A DNA stretch of 63,331 nt, the filler included, from Octopus bimaculoides (Eukaryota), in the NCBI RefSeq assembly GCF_001194135.2. It is 6 parts of 5 records of this genome, joined end to end, with 100 filler letters (N's around TTAATTAATTAA, not from the genome) between each part and the next. Parts side by side here need not be neighbours in the genome. Positions count along the whole stretch, not along the records: positions 1 to 22,510 come from NC_068993.1; positions 22,611 to 28,915 come from NC_068991.1; 4 more parts are not named here. One strand, given 5' to 3'. The notes under the pieces are model-generated. The model saw nothing but the letters and a program-made list of their open reading frames with translations, did not search any database and was not told where the DNA came from. A program made the translations under genes and the position numbers. How positions within the stretch are numbered: the stretch's first letter is position 1; every line of letters begins with the position of its first letter. Shown here piece after piece: positions 12,238-24,197 of this stretch.

Positions 12238-12899
12238 GTATATGTTTGTGTGTTTGTGTTTGTCCCTCTAACATCGTTTGACAATAAGTTCCGGGGTCAC
12301 TTTGTTCGACTAAAGGTAGTGCTCCAGCATGGCCGCAGTCAAATGACTGAAACAAGTAAAGGAGTAAAAGAGTATATATAGATGAAATTTACAGAAAGAC
12401 AAAAGATGAAGCAGGTGTATTGGTTTGACCCTCAGAAAAAATGGTAAGTCTTCTACTTTTCGAAACTACACTCTTCAAGAAAGCAATAAGAAAGAATGAA
12501 AAAAAAAATGAATAAGAGGGAATGAAAAAAGAATGACAAAAATGGGGAGGAATAAAACAGTGTAGAGTTCAGCATTATTTTATATGTGTGTGCATACAGC
12601 CATACACACGTATGTGTATATATATATATCTTGGTTCAGCTTTCATTTTACGTTTTAATCTATATCTTGATGAGTAGATAGGCAGGAACGGAAATAAAGA
12701 TGAACGACTGAAGGAAGGAGCAACAATGTCTGTCACTTGACACCTATTGACACCTAAGCGAATGTATCTCATGATGTGCAATATGCGTATGCGTTTATGC
12801 ATCGCATTCTTTGCTGGCATTTCTGCAAGTAGGTATATGCTCATGTTTCTTGTGCAAATAGATAAAAGATGAAAGAATAGTAGGTGTTACATTACGATA

Positions 12900-13230
12900 C
12901 GATGTTGTCTATGTATAAGTATGTATGTATGTATGTATGCATGCATTTATGTATGCATGTATGTATGTATTTATGCATGCATGTATGTATGTATGCATGT
13001 ATGCATGTATGTATGTATGTATGTATGTGTGTGTATGTATGTATGTATGTGTGTATGTATGTATGTGTGTATGTCATTATTCAGTTTCTTGCCAATAAAG
13101 AAAGAGCTGGTTTCTAACCTACATCCAAGGCTCCTTCATTGGAATTTCAACATCAACAACAAGGTATTTTTGTTTGTATGTATGTATGTATGTATTGCAG
13201 ATTTGTATGCTTTATGTATGTAGTCTCATG
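12900..13230. repeat. (TATG)n compound microsatellite; similar tracts at ~6350-6450, 33490-33570, 36530-36640
   Basis: Direct reading. Confidence 0.95.
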
Positions 13231-15100
13231 CATATAGTTGCATATCTAGACATGCTCATATATATTTAAATGATAAACTTCTGGAAAGTTTTACAGATTT
13301 TTACAGTTCTAGTGATGGATTGGATCTGTAGTCTTCGAATTAGCTTTGTCTTTTCTGGTTTTAAGAAGCCCAATTTCTCAAGATTGGTATTTAGGCAGTG
13401 TGTTACATATCCCAGGTCTCCAATAATTACAGGTATAAACCTGAACTTGTAATCTGGATAGAGTAACTACAGATTTCTCAATAGTTCAGCTTAGGTGTTC
13501 TCTTTTTCACTGATCTTTAGCTTTATGTTAACATCCGCTGGGCAGCTACTTTCCACAACTGTGCACAGTTTCTCTTCTTTATCCCAAATCATTATATCAG
13601 GTCTGTTGTGCTTACATTTTATTGAGGTCTTCACTGATACATTTCACCAATATTCCTTTTTATTATGAATGGCTATGGCTTCTACCATATTATAGGTTCT
13701 TATTTCTTTGTCCTCAGGATTATCCTTCCGACGGATTTCATTATAGAGTTTACTTACTGGATGATATCTTTAGTGTGAACTCCACAAAGTCTAATCGGTT
13801 GTCATATTTTACAGATTTTCCTGCATCTCTATCCCTTTTGTACATCAGGTACTTGGTTGATATTTTCTGTTCCTGGATTGCAAACGCATACCTTTCAAAG
13901 TAGGAGGTCGTAATCTGGCTATTGGTCCATGATAAACTGCTTTGATGATCGATGTTACTATTATCACGAAGCCTTCTACTAACATATCCGTGCATAGTCT
14001 TCTGCTCATACAGGCTCATCCTTTCTTTTGATGATACGTTGCGGTAGAGTCGTGCGACTTCTTTGGACATGTATTCTTGGTTATCAGACAAAGAGTCTTA
14101 TGATGGTATCGGCATCATATAAACTTGGTCAAGGGATGCACTTCGACACTTCGTGGTTAAAAGATGTTACCGAAGGGTATGATGCGACATTCAGAAGCAT
14201 TTTGGATCAATGTTAAGCCTCTGCCGCCTTGTTTTCGTTTGAGGTAGAGGCGGTTTACGTCACTGTTTATGTGAAAATTATGTGTGCTTGTTAGTATTTT
14301 TCAGGTTTTCACATCAATGGCTCGGATCTCATTAAGCATCCAATCAAGCAGCCCAAATAATGGTATGAGTACTGGCACTGCAAACACATTGTGGGCCACT
14401 ATTTTATTGAATGCAGAGAGATCTGAGGTTCAAATTTTCTTTATTTGGCTGTACTATTCTTTAGTGACACGTCTTTTGCTACAGGTGCTATTGTAAGATA
14501 TATTTTCATCCACCCCTAGATACCTGTAACATTCCTCGTCAGATACAGGGGAAACAGTCAAATCATTGATGGAAATGTTACTAGTCTGGTTTATAGTTTT
14601 CCATCTTTTCACAACTCTATAACATTTCTCCTGACCAAACTCCAACCCTACATCCTTTGAGAACGTTGTAACTAGGTCAAAGATCTTTTTCATCTCACGT
14701 GTATTCTTTGCATAAAATTTTAAGTCATCCACAAAGTAACAGTGTGTAATCTTGGTATTTCTGTTTCCTTGTCAACCAATGAGATATCCTTCAGACTGTC
14801 TTAACATGAATGACAAGGGGTTTACAAAAAGTATAAAACAACTACACGGAGAAGCTGTCTCTTTAGAATATACACCTTTGCGATATTGTATTTTATCGGT
14901 GATAATACAGTCACTCTTTGTGTTTATTTTCAAGATGGTGACCCACGATGAAGTCAGGTCAGCTACGGCTTTGACTATTCTTATTGGAACTTTAGCAAGA
15001 ACAGAGTCAAAGGCTTTCTTGTAGTCTGGCCACATTGAAACTAGGTTCTTGCACCTCTGACATCACAGTTTTGTTGATTAACAATTGCTTGGCCTATACC
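13200..15100 (-). mobile_element. R4/Dong-clade non-LTR retrotransposon, decayed 3' half (RT plus restriction-like endonuclease)
   Basis: DYKKAFDSV, KGVY(Q)G, VDDLKFYAK and YRYLG RT motifs. C-terminal HNRPDIMIWDKEEKLCTVVESSCPADVNIK RLE domain at ~13480-13620. Multiple stops and frameshifts. Confidence 0.88.
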
Positions 15101-15414
15101 AGCTGCTGACTGACATGGTTTAAAACACAAGTGACAATATATTATTCGAGCTTCTAAATTTTTGCCCTTTGGAATCTGATTCTTAAGGAATATTTCTGTG
15201 AACTATCATATGCCTTTTAAGTCCAGATACTGTCATACAAGTTTTGTGATATATGACAAGACGAAAGAGGCGGTTGGAGTCCAAGATTATTACCTACTTG
15301 GGCATTTTGATTTTCATGTGACTTCATATGATTCACGTATCCTGCTTTTGACAACCGAACACGATCACATGTAATGCATATCCAATGTTCACTGTTGATT
15401 ATAGTTCCAATTAT

Positions 15415-17200
15415 TCATTTGTGACAGGCCCTTTTAAGCTCAGAGAGCTGAATCATCTTTTCCTCCCAAGCATTGCAACCAGTCTTAATTGCACCTCTCC
15501 ACTTGTTCCAATCTAGAACATCATTTTCCAACAAATCAGCATCATCAGCATAAAGTAATTCTCCAACAAGTGTTTTGAAAGTCTTTGCTTTGCAGTTAAA
15601 CCAGGTCAAATTTAAAATGCGACCAGATGTCCGAAATTTGATTCCGATTCCCCTGTTGCAATCCTTGAAAGCATACCAAAGTGATGCAGCAAAATGAATA
15701 GAGAAAAGTGTAGGGGCAGGAATATCTCCTTGTTTGATACCGTTGTCCACTGAAAATCCATGAGATAGCTCACCATTAAAGACTCTTTGAGCTTTCATGT
15801 TTCTGTGTCGTTCCTTAAAGATGCTCACAAAATGTTTTGGGAAACCAAGTTTACACAAAACAATCGACAGTGCCTCTCTGTTTAACGTGTCAAATGCCTT
15901 ATGAAGACCTGATATAGTGGCATTTCTTCCTCTATGCATTTCTCTTGAACCAGCCTCACAGAAAAAGGTCTACAAGAATGAAAGATCCGGAGTTTCATTA
16001 TCCGTTTATTTCTGCTTTGTGGTCGTTCTAGGTCTTTTAGCAAATCACTTCAAATTGCAAATCCAACACCGCCTTCTCATTTCTCTCCCTTCGGCTTCCC
16101 AACCAAGAATAATGTGAAACCTGCTACTATTTCGCCAAGATGATCTTCATCTGAATACCTTGTTTTAGAAAGATCTGCAATATCAACATTAAGACGTCTT
16201 GGCTCCTTAGTTACCCCAGCTGTTCTTCTTTCAGGTCTAGCTGCTCAATCTCAAAGGGTTCTCATATTCCAATAAGCCAGGTTGAGAGACACCTTTGCCT
16301 TGCATACATGTTATCATTGTTTATACCAATTCTATAAACTAACCGGCAGAGACAGAACAGACAAGTTTTAGTGCATCTTTTCTAGCACCTTCCCAGTATA
16401 TCCAGATGAGCAGTGTTCTTCTTAAAAGGGCTGATCAGACACGTGATTCTCCACTCAGAACAGTCCCTGTCCATGTAAACATGTTAGTGTTGTTAAGATA
16501 AGAACCCTGTGACCTTATTTGCAGATTTGTAACTGTATGCTTCCAAACGGTCAAGTCTGCATACGTCGCCACACTTCAATCGTCATAGAAAACTTGAAAA
16601 GTGATGGTTGTACGATGATGGTGTTTTGTCGGGGACATCTGTACTTCATTGGATTTCAGTGACAAACACTTGTACAAAACACTTGCCACTCTCTAAATCA
16701 AAATAGTAGATTCCAGTGACAAGCAAAGCAAGATGACTAGTACTAAGTTGACTGCAGGTTTTATATCGGAGTACCTTCTCCTAGAAGACCTCAAGCTAGC
16801 AGTGATAAGTCAATTTGAATTCAGAGTTTTATTCTTCTATACGGGTTGTCCTAATCACGGCTTCATTTCAAAACAGGAGCCCAGTCCGCCCCATCAATAG
16901 TCATAGCTTCGATAGTGCAGCCGAGTAAGGGACTGTCATTACTCTGATATGGTTTCATATGTGTTCTTCTCCTAGAAGTGTTGCCTTTACCACAGATAAT
17001 GAGCCCCATCTACCCACCGCCACAGAAACTACACACGAGCTCTTCCACCCTTTGACAACTCTTTTCCTCCTGCAGAGTGTCCAACAACCACCCTCTTCAG
17101 CAAGTAAGCTTGGTATGATTGCCTGTTTAGCCGCCGTCGACCCGATCATGTGACAGGTTGCACTGGATTACATGTTTCCAGTAACGCAGAGTGACGACCT
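15415..17200 (-). mobile_element. RTE-clade LINE with large internal deletions
   Basis: APE N-terminus LNVDIADLSKTRYSDE (~16130-16210). RT KAFDTLNREAL...GIKQGDIPAPTLF...LLYADD joined directly to the C-terminal DWNKWRGAIKTG segment. Putative 5' UTR extends to ~17200 (boundary approximate). Confidence 0.85.
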
Positions 17201-17215
17201 GACAGATGTAATTAT

Positions 17216-17266
<51 letters not shown>

Positions 17267-17737
17267 TATATAAAGCCACTGGGAATTGCTAACGAGCTTG
17301 TAGGACAATGAGGAAAACAAACAAGCCAAAATTAAAATAATTATAATAATTAATTGTTTTTCTGTTGTAGGTTTGTTGTATTAGTATAATTATTGTAATT
17401 ATACAAATCCTTGAACCATTTATCTAAAGCAACGTTCTATTCATGCTTAGCAAAAATATTCTTGGAATATTTCTTTGTTCGGTACACAATCCATAAAGTT
17501 TGAACTTTATTCGATATGCAATAACACTATTTAGACATATTTTATATGCAGATAATCATATTTCTTGACGGTCAGCCTATTTCGGAATGTGAAAATCATT
17601 TTAGCATCCATTTTTTGACAACATTGCAATACATTTTAATCATTTACACACCTTATGTGCTGTCGGTCGAGATAATATCACTTAATGACTGTGTTATTGT
17701 TTCTTTCAGGTTCAGATATTAAAAATAAGTAAAATCA

Positions 17738-18050
17738 GTGAAATTCCTAAAAACCAACCTAAATAAGGGCACAACCAATAATTTATCCCCTGAAAAGGAA
17801 CAAAGCATTGTCACATTACGAAGTGAAGGCTATAGTTTTCGAGATATAGAGAAAAAAGCTAAAGTCTCTTACATTGCAGTCTACTCTGCCATTGTAAAGT
17901 CTAATGAAACAGGAAAAAATACCGACAGAGCTCGGTCAGGTCATCCAAAAGTGACTTTTAAATCACATGACAAGCTCATCAGAGTCACCAGTCTCCGAAA
18001 CAGGTGCCTGACAGCAAATGAAATCGCTGCACAAATAAGTGAAACCGGCG
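17738..18050 (+). mobile_element. Tc1-like transposase N-terminal (paired-like HTH) fragment
   Basis: LRSEGYSFRDIEKKAKVSYIAVYSAIVKSNETGKNTDRARSGHPKVT...IRVTSLRNRCLTANEIAAQI matches the Tc1 DNA-binding domain (GRPR-like RSGHPK). Truncated. Confidence 0.85.
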
Positions 18051-19302
18051 AAGCCCCACTTTCGAAGTTTTATCTTGTAAAGATCGGTCGGCATGTTTTT
18101 CCTTTGCGTCCTCACAGTCCTACAGGTATTAATCCTCGCCTGCAGCGGCAGGAAGCGGTCACAACTGGAAAACCAGTTGTCTATATTGTAGCCTTTGTCA
18201 AACAGGTTTTCATTCAGCGACAACGCGGCATCAGTTGACACTAGAGTAGACGCTGGAAGATCCTGTCTGACCTGACAAGTATAGATTTTGTAATTTCACG
18301 TGTACCTACAGGCTCTGCCAGTTGACTGGCATACTTTATAAACCTTGATTCCAAAGCGGGCACGTTTAAACGGGTTGTATTCTTTGAAGCGGAGCCTTCT
18401 CTTGAATTTCCACAAACTCTCGTCCGTACAAAAGTCCTGTGTGTGGATATACATCATTCTGAAATTGTCAGCCACTTCATCAACGATAGGATGTATTTTG
18501 TGCAGTCTGTCATTATGGTTTTCGCCTGAGTTGAAACGTAGATTTTGAAGTAGCGCCAAAAATCGATTACGTAGTATCGTTTCCGGAAAGAAAGGTGTCC
18601 ACGTGGCTGGATCCCGATTCCAATATGATGCCAAGATTGGTTTCCTCACGATGTCCATCCATATCAGCAAGGCAAACAGAACTTTGATTTCGTTCCCTGT
18701 GGCTGGAAACCAATCACCGCCATGCCCGGGTCTAACATACTGGGGATGGTTTTCAGCATAGTCATTCATTTCGTCCGCTATGTATTGGAACATTTCATCC
18801 GTCAAAAACTCATGGAAGATTTCCAATAGCGAACTTCCATATTCAAGATTTGCTTTTATGCTAGGCGTACCAGTAAACCCATATCTCTCGCTCGCCACAC
18901 GACATTCTGTTGTCGAAAGTTTTTCAGTGCTGCCCACCTGTACCGTTGATTCACCGGAATATCATCATCACTATCGGAATCATTTGTTTCTGAACTAGGA
19001 AAATACCCACTCTTCGAGTCATCGTCCGAACCGGAAGAAACGACTGGTGAGGTGGTGGAGATTGGTGTGGTTTGGCGCGATAACCGTAAATTTGACGAAA
19101 GAGCACGCGACGTCGAAGTGGACGGAGCCAGAGTGGCAGGACTGGTCTATTGGGTTGTAAATATTTACATGAAACATCTAATTGACCTATCAGTTGGCAG
19201 GTGAACCGGTACTAACTCAGACGATATGTCGAACGACATATAATTACCGACTTAAAGCATATACATTGCGTGCATAAATTTACATCAACAGTTTTAAAAG
19301 GG
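18050..19302 (-). mobile_element. piggyBac (PGBD4-like) transposon, 3'-truncated
   Basis: TTAA|CCCTTT terminus at 19306-19297. ORF FLTDEMFQYIADEMNDYA...DRLHKIHPIVD...TDESLWKFKRRLRFKEYNPFKRARFGIKVYKVC, then NIDNWFSS and GTVR-like TCRTVR. Confidence 0.92.
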
Positions 19303-19704
19303 TTAATTCAAAGGTATTTGACTTAATTAGGCTTTATATTCAATATTATTGTTATTATAATCATATTTAGTAGTATTATTTGCATACATATCATTAATTA
19401 TCAGAATCATTATTTTACTATAGATGGTAAGTCATGTTTATTTAAATCGTTTAAGCGTATATTTTGTCCATTGAAAACATCTCATAGCCTGTTCCTGTCT
19501 AGTACTGAATATGGATCCACACGGTTGTTAAGCAAAGTTATTACCACATAGCCACGCCTGCGCCTATATGCAGAATTTTAAAAAAATGAATAAACGATTC
19601 AGTCCCACTGCGTGGCACCTTGGGCAAGTATCTTCTACTATAGCTTCGGGCCGACCAAAGTCTTGTGAGTGGATTTGGTAGACGGAAACTGAAAAAAGCC
19701 CGTC

Positions 19705-19754
<50 letters not shown>

Positions 19755-20049
19755 GTATTTATGTGTCTGTGTTTGTCTCCCCACCATCGCTTGACAACGG
19801 ATGTTGGAGTGTTTACGTCCCTGTAACTTAACGATTCGGCAAAAATACCGTCAGAATAAGTAGTAGGCTTACAAAGAATAAGCCCTGGGGTAGATTTGTT
19901 CGACTAAAGACAATGCTCCAGCATGATCGCAGTCCAATGACTGAAACAAGTAAAAGAGTTAAAGACTAAAAGAGAATTCTATTATATTTGAAGAAGTATT
20001 GAGATCTTTTATGCGGTGAGTTATCCAAGTCGTATGTATCCCTGGTAGA

Positions 20050-20410
20050 TACGACAGTGGGCTGAAAAGTTCATGCGCTGACTATGAAGGAATGGTGCTG
20101 GGGGCTATTCATTTCAGCGCTTCTTATAAACGACTGCATTATTTCTCTCCAGATAAACTGACATCGGACTATTCAAAGAACACTTTTGGAGTAACTGGTA
20201 GCGACTTCTCTTGAAAACGGGCAAAATTTGGCATCGTGGTGTTATCAAGTACCTGCAGAAAAAGAACTTATCTCCCAAGGGCATGGTAGCTACATTAGAG
20301 GATGGCCTTCCAGCTTTATCAACAGCCCAAAAGAGGGCAGCTGAATTTGGAAGGGGAAGAGAGAATTTTGAAGATGACCCGAGGTCTGGACTTTTCCGCC
20401 GATCCCCGTA
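20050..20410 (+). mobile_element. Mariner remnant (5' TIR and transposase N-terminus)
   Basis: tacgacagtgggctgaaaagttc end; HRGVIKYLQKK...EFGRGRENFEDDPRSG. Confidence 0.75.
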
Positions 20411-21524
20411 TATGTCATAGTATGCTGAACACTACAATTTTTGGTTTATAATTCGTACAAAGAAATACGTACCATGTTGAACTTTTACGTTTTACTCTCT
20501 CTATATACATCATTACCATTCATCTGCTTATCACTTTCATTACTTCACAGTCGCTGTTATCTTTCTACCAACACCCGTTTTCTGATTCCTCTATGTTATG
20601 TATTTTCTCTCTTTCTATCAAACAACATATATTTCTCTATCCAAAGAAGCTATTCTTCAAAACCTCAGCACCCAGATTCCTTGATGACATGCGTACATAT
20701 TGGAAAATGCGAATTAATGTTTATTCATATAAATCGTCCACAGACCACCGTTAGTTTCCACACCATTGTATCCAGAGAACACGTATCTGTTATGTACTGG
20801 AGAGGAATTAAATTAATGTCAAATTTTAGTCTTGTGTCAATGTTTGTAAATAATGATTTCTAATTTGAGCAGAATACCACCACCACCGCCGCCACCACCA
20901 CCACCNNNNNNNNNNNNNNNNNNNNNNNNNNNNNNNNNNNNNNNNNNNNNNNNNNNNNNNNNNNNNNNNNNNNNNNNNNNNNNNNNNNNNNNNNNNNNNN
21001 NNNNNNNNNNNNNNNNNNNNNNNNNNNNNNNNNNNNNNNNNNNNNNNNNNNNNNNNNNNNNNNNNNNNNNNNNNNNNNNNNNNNNNNNNNNNNNNNNNNN
21101 NNNNNNNNNNNNNNNNNNNNNNNNNNNNNNNNNNNNNNNNNNNNNNNNNNNNNNNNNNNNNNNNNNNNNNNNNNNNNNNNNNNNNNNNNNNNNNNNNNNN
21201 NNNNNNNNNNNNNNNNNNNNNNNNNNNNNNNNNNNNNNNNNNNNNNNNNNNNNNNNNNNNNNNNNNNNNNNNNNNNNNNNNNNNNNNNNNNNNNTTACAG
21301 AACTTAATCGCTTCCCAATGTTGCCAGTCAGCTCGTCGCATATTTATTCCTTTATTGAAAGTCTGAGATTTGTACATTTGTAATAATAAAAAATAAATGT
21401 AATGAATAATTAGCAAATATCTAAACTAAAGCAATATATTGACGTAAATGTGATATCAAATGTTTCGACATTTCACGTTTGTTTACATTAAACTTGAAAA
21501 TGCCGCAAAAGATTTTCTACAAAT

Positions 21525-21732
21525 CTACAAATTATCCATATCTTCAAGTGTTTGAAGTAAACAAGCATCCTTCGTTTCAGGAAGTAAAAGGACCAGCAAA
21601 CCAGCAACAATTCCAAAGACTCCATAGATGCTTAGCGGTATCCAAGAACCGTATATAGCAAGCCCAAGCATCGGTGCTGAAATGAGACCACCAAATCGAG
21701 CAAATGATGAAGCAGTTCCCATGCCACCATTG
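21525..21732 (-). CDS. SLC22-family transporter gene A, last coding exon (TM11-TM12, LPET motif, TAG stop)
   Basis: ttttatatttcAG acceptor. Reads (R)NGGMGTASSFARFGGLISAPMLGLAIYGSWIPLSIYGVFGIVAGLLVLLLPETKDACLLQTLEDMDNL*. Confidence 0.92.
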
Positions 21733-22160
21733 CTGAAATATAAAAGAAAGTAAATGCATTTTACTTGAATATAGAGATATGTATCTATATATCACACTGG
21801 TGAATAAATATGAGGATATATCCACAGCAATAAAGAGCTCAATTGGTAACGAATCGTTGAATGCCAACACAATTATAATGTCATAAATCTTGATGGAACG
21901 ACATTGCATGTATATGGCAATCAGCTAAAATTATTTTTGAGAGATGCCAACTTAAAATATAAAACAGATGATGTAATTTTTTCATGTTATTAATGTTTAG
22001 CAGATTTCGAACCATTCTTTAAGGTCTGATCAATTACGAATGTAGTTTGTGGATAGCAAATATCATATACGAATGACTGGGATAAAATGTCAGTATTCTC
22101 TGCATGTTCTGTAGGAAAGAAAAAAGAAACTGTAACGGCATGCAAAGTCCTTCTACAAGC

Positions 22161-22232
22161 TATCAGATATTATACCTACCGTACTGCTGTTGGAAATATC
22201 AGATATTATACCTACCGTACTGCTGTTGGAAA
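22161..22232. repeat. Exact 36-bp tandem duplication covering an exon end and 5' splice site
   Basis: TATCAGATATTATACCTACCGTACTGCTGTTGGAAA x2. Confidence 0.97.
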
Positions 22233-22324
22233 TATTTCTGCTGATGTCAGATAAACACCATCAAATGATGCCGTTGCGCCTAACTTCCCAAGGACAGCTA
22301 ATATCAGTGGAAACCAAAAGTTTC
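22216..22324 (-). CDS. SLC22-family transporter gene A, penultimate exon (109 bp, TM10)
   Basis: ttttcttttcAG acceptor and GTAGGT donor. Reads (G)NFWFPLILAVLGKLGATASFDGVYLTSAEIFPTAV(R), with the SLC22 ExFPTxxR motif. CG|C joins in frame to the 21732 exon. Confidence 0.92.
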
Positions 22325-22648
22325 CTGAAAAGAAAAATGTATAGTGTGAAAATAAGAACGCTTAATTTTTGTATTATAACTTTTGCATGTCACATTCCTC
22401 TGCAACGTAAACTGTTCAATAAACGGAGGAGGCGAATTAGCTTGAAGACTAGTAGAAACAATGTATATGCACTAAAACAGTAAACAATCAAACAGAGAAT
22501 TATATAATGANNNNNNNNNNNNNNNNNNNNNNNNNNNNNNNNNNNNNNNNNNNNTTAATTAATTAANNNNNNNNNNNNNNNNNNNNNNNNNNNNNNNNNN
22601 NNNNNNNNNNATTATAAGACAATAATTATTCTGTTCAGTACCATTCAC

Positions 22649-22697
22649 CTATGTCTGTGGCCAAAATATAGAGAAATATAAGGAAAAGGAACATAAC
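22649..22697 (-). CDS. Candidate 49-bp exon of SLC22 gene A (hydrophobic TM9 segment)
   Basis: tttcccatAG acceptor and GTGAAT donor. Reads VMFLFLIFLYILATDI(G); the phase-1 end joins GA AAC of the 22324 exon in frame. No strong family motif. Confidence 0.4.
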
Positions 22698-22829
22698 CTA
22701 TGGGAAAGTCCATGAAATTTTAGATGCATGTGCAAAAGTAAAATATCATCTAAGTGAAAAAAATTGGGCTACGATTTGCAACATACATAGATTCACAATA
22801 TATTAAAAAAAGATGCATACATATATACG

Positions 22830-22868
<39 letters not shown>

Positions 22869-24042
22869 CTGTGTGTGTGTGTGTGTGTATGTGTGTGAGT
22901 GTGTGTATGTATGTATGTATGTATGTACGTATACAAGTAATTGGACAAACGAAAGAGAAATGCATTTTACACAATTAGTAGGAGTTCAATGTATTATTTA
23001 AAAGTTTGAGTCGGTTGTGTGCGACTTCACGTTTCACAGGCTCCTTCAGGAGTGTGATCTATATGTACTTGTATACACACACGCACACGCAGAATGAGTG
23101 ATGATGATGATACAATTATATCGACCACAGTAATAACAACAATAATAACAATAATATTAATAATAATTACTAGTTGAAATATTGTCGGAAAGTCACACAC
23201 AATGTTCTGTTTGGTGGCGGTGGTGTGTGTGTGAACGGAGTGGTTGAAAGACCACTAAGCAATTGAACTGCTAAATATTGTATTGAACAGTAAAGGATAA
23301 CCATAAATATCTATCACAGATTACATGTGTTTAGTGATTGGTCAATTACATAGTACCATGTGATGACGTAACAACCAGCTTATAATTGACGACACATAAT
23401 TACAAGTTAATCTCTACTGTAATAATGGATATTCCTACTAAGTTTGAGAAAATATAACACACACACTCACACACAAACAAACACACACATACTCACATAC
23501 TCACTCTCTCTCCCTTCGCTCTCTTTCCTTAATTTTCTAATGTCATTATTTTAATTTGACTAATCAGGGAATTATTTTGACATTTTAATAACAACAAAAA
23601 CAATTGTTTCAAATTTTGGAATAAGACCAGAAATTTTGTGGAGGATGGATTAGGTCAATCACTTCAACCTCAGAATTTGACAGGTACTGATTTCATCGAC
23701 CCCAAAACGATGAAATGCAAAGTCGTTATTGGCGGCATTTGATAGCAGAACGTAAAGAACCGTGAGGAATGCTGCTAAGAAGAAGTCGGGTGTGATAATC
23801 ATTCTGCCAGTTCGCCGCCCTAATAAAAATAATAATAATCTATTCCACCACAGGCACAAGGCCTGAAAGTTTCTGAGAGGGGACTAGTCGATTACGGTGC
23901 TCAATTGGTACTTAATTCATCAACCCAGAAAAAGATGAAAGGCAAAGCCGACCTTGGCGGAATTTCAACGCTGAACGTAAACACGGACGAAATGCTGTTA
24001 AGTATTTCGTCCGGCATGCAAATGATTCTGCCAGCTCAACGT

Positions 24043-24197
<155 letters not shown>

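Noticed and set aside
17738-18238. 166-aa ORF as a host gene
   Set aside because: It is a Tc1 N-terminus reading into antisense piggyBac sequence.
22555-22566. TTAATTAATTAA islands inside N runs (also 28960-28971, 37180-37191, 50290-50301, 59200-59211)
   Set aside because: Identical palindromic six-frame-stop linker centred in ~100-bp gaps. This is an assembly spacer, not biology; it marks joins of uncertain size.
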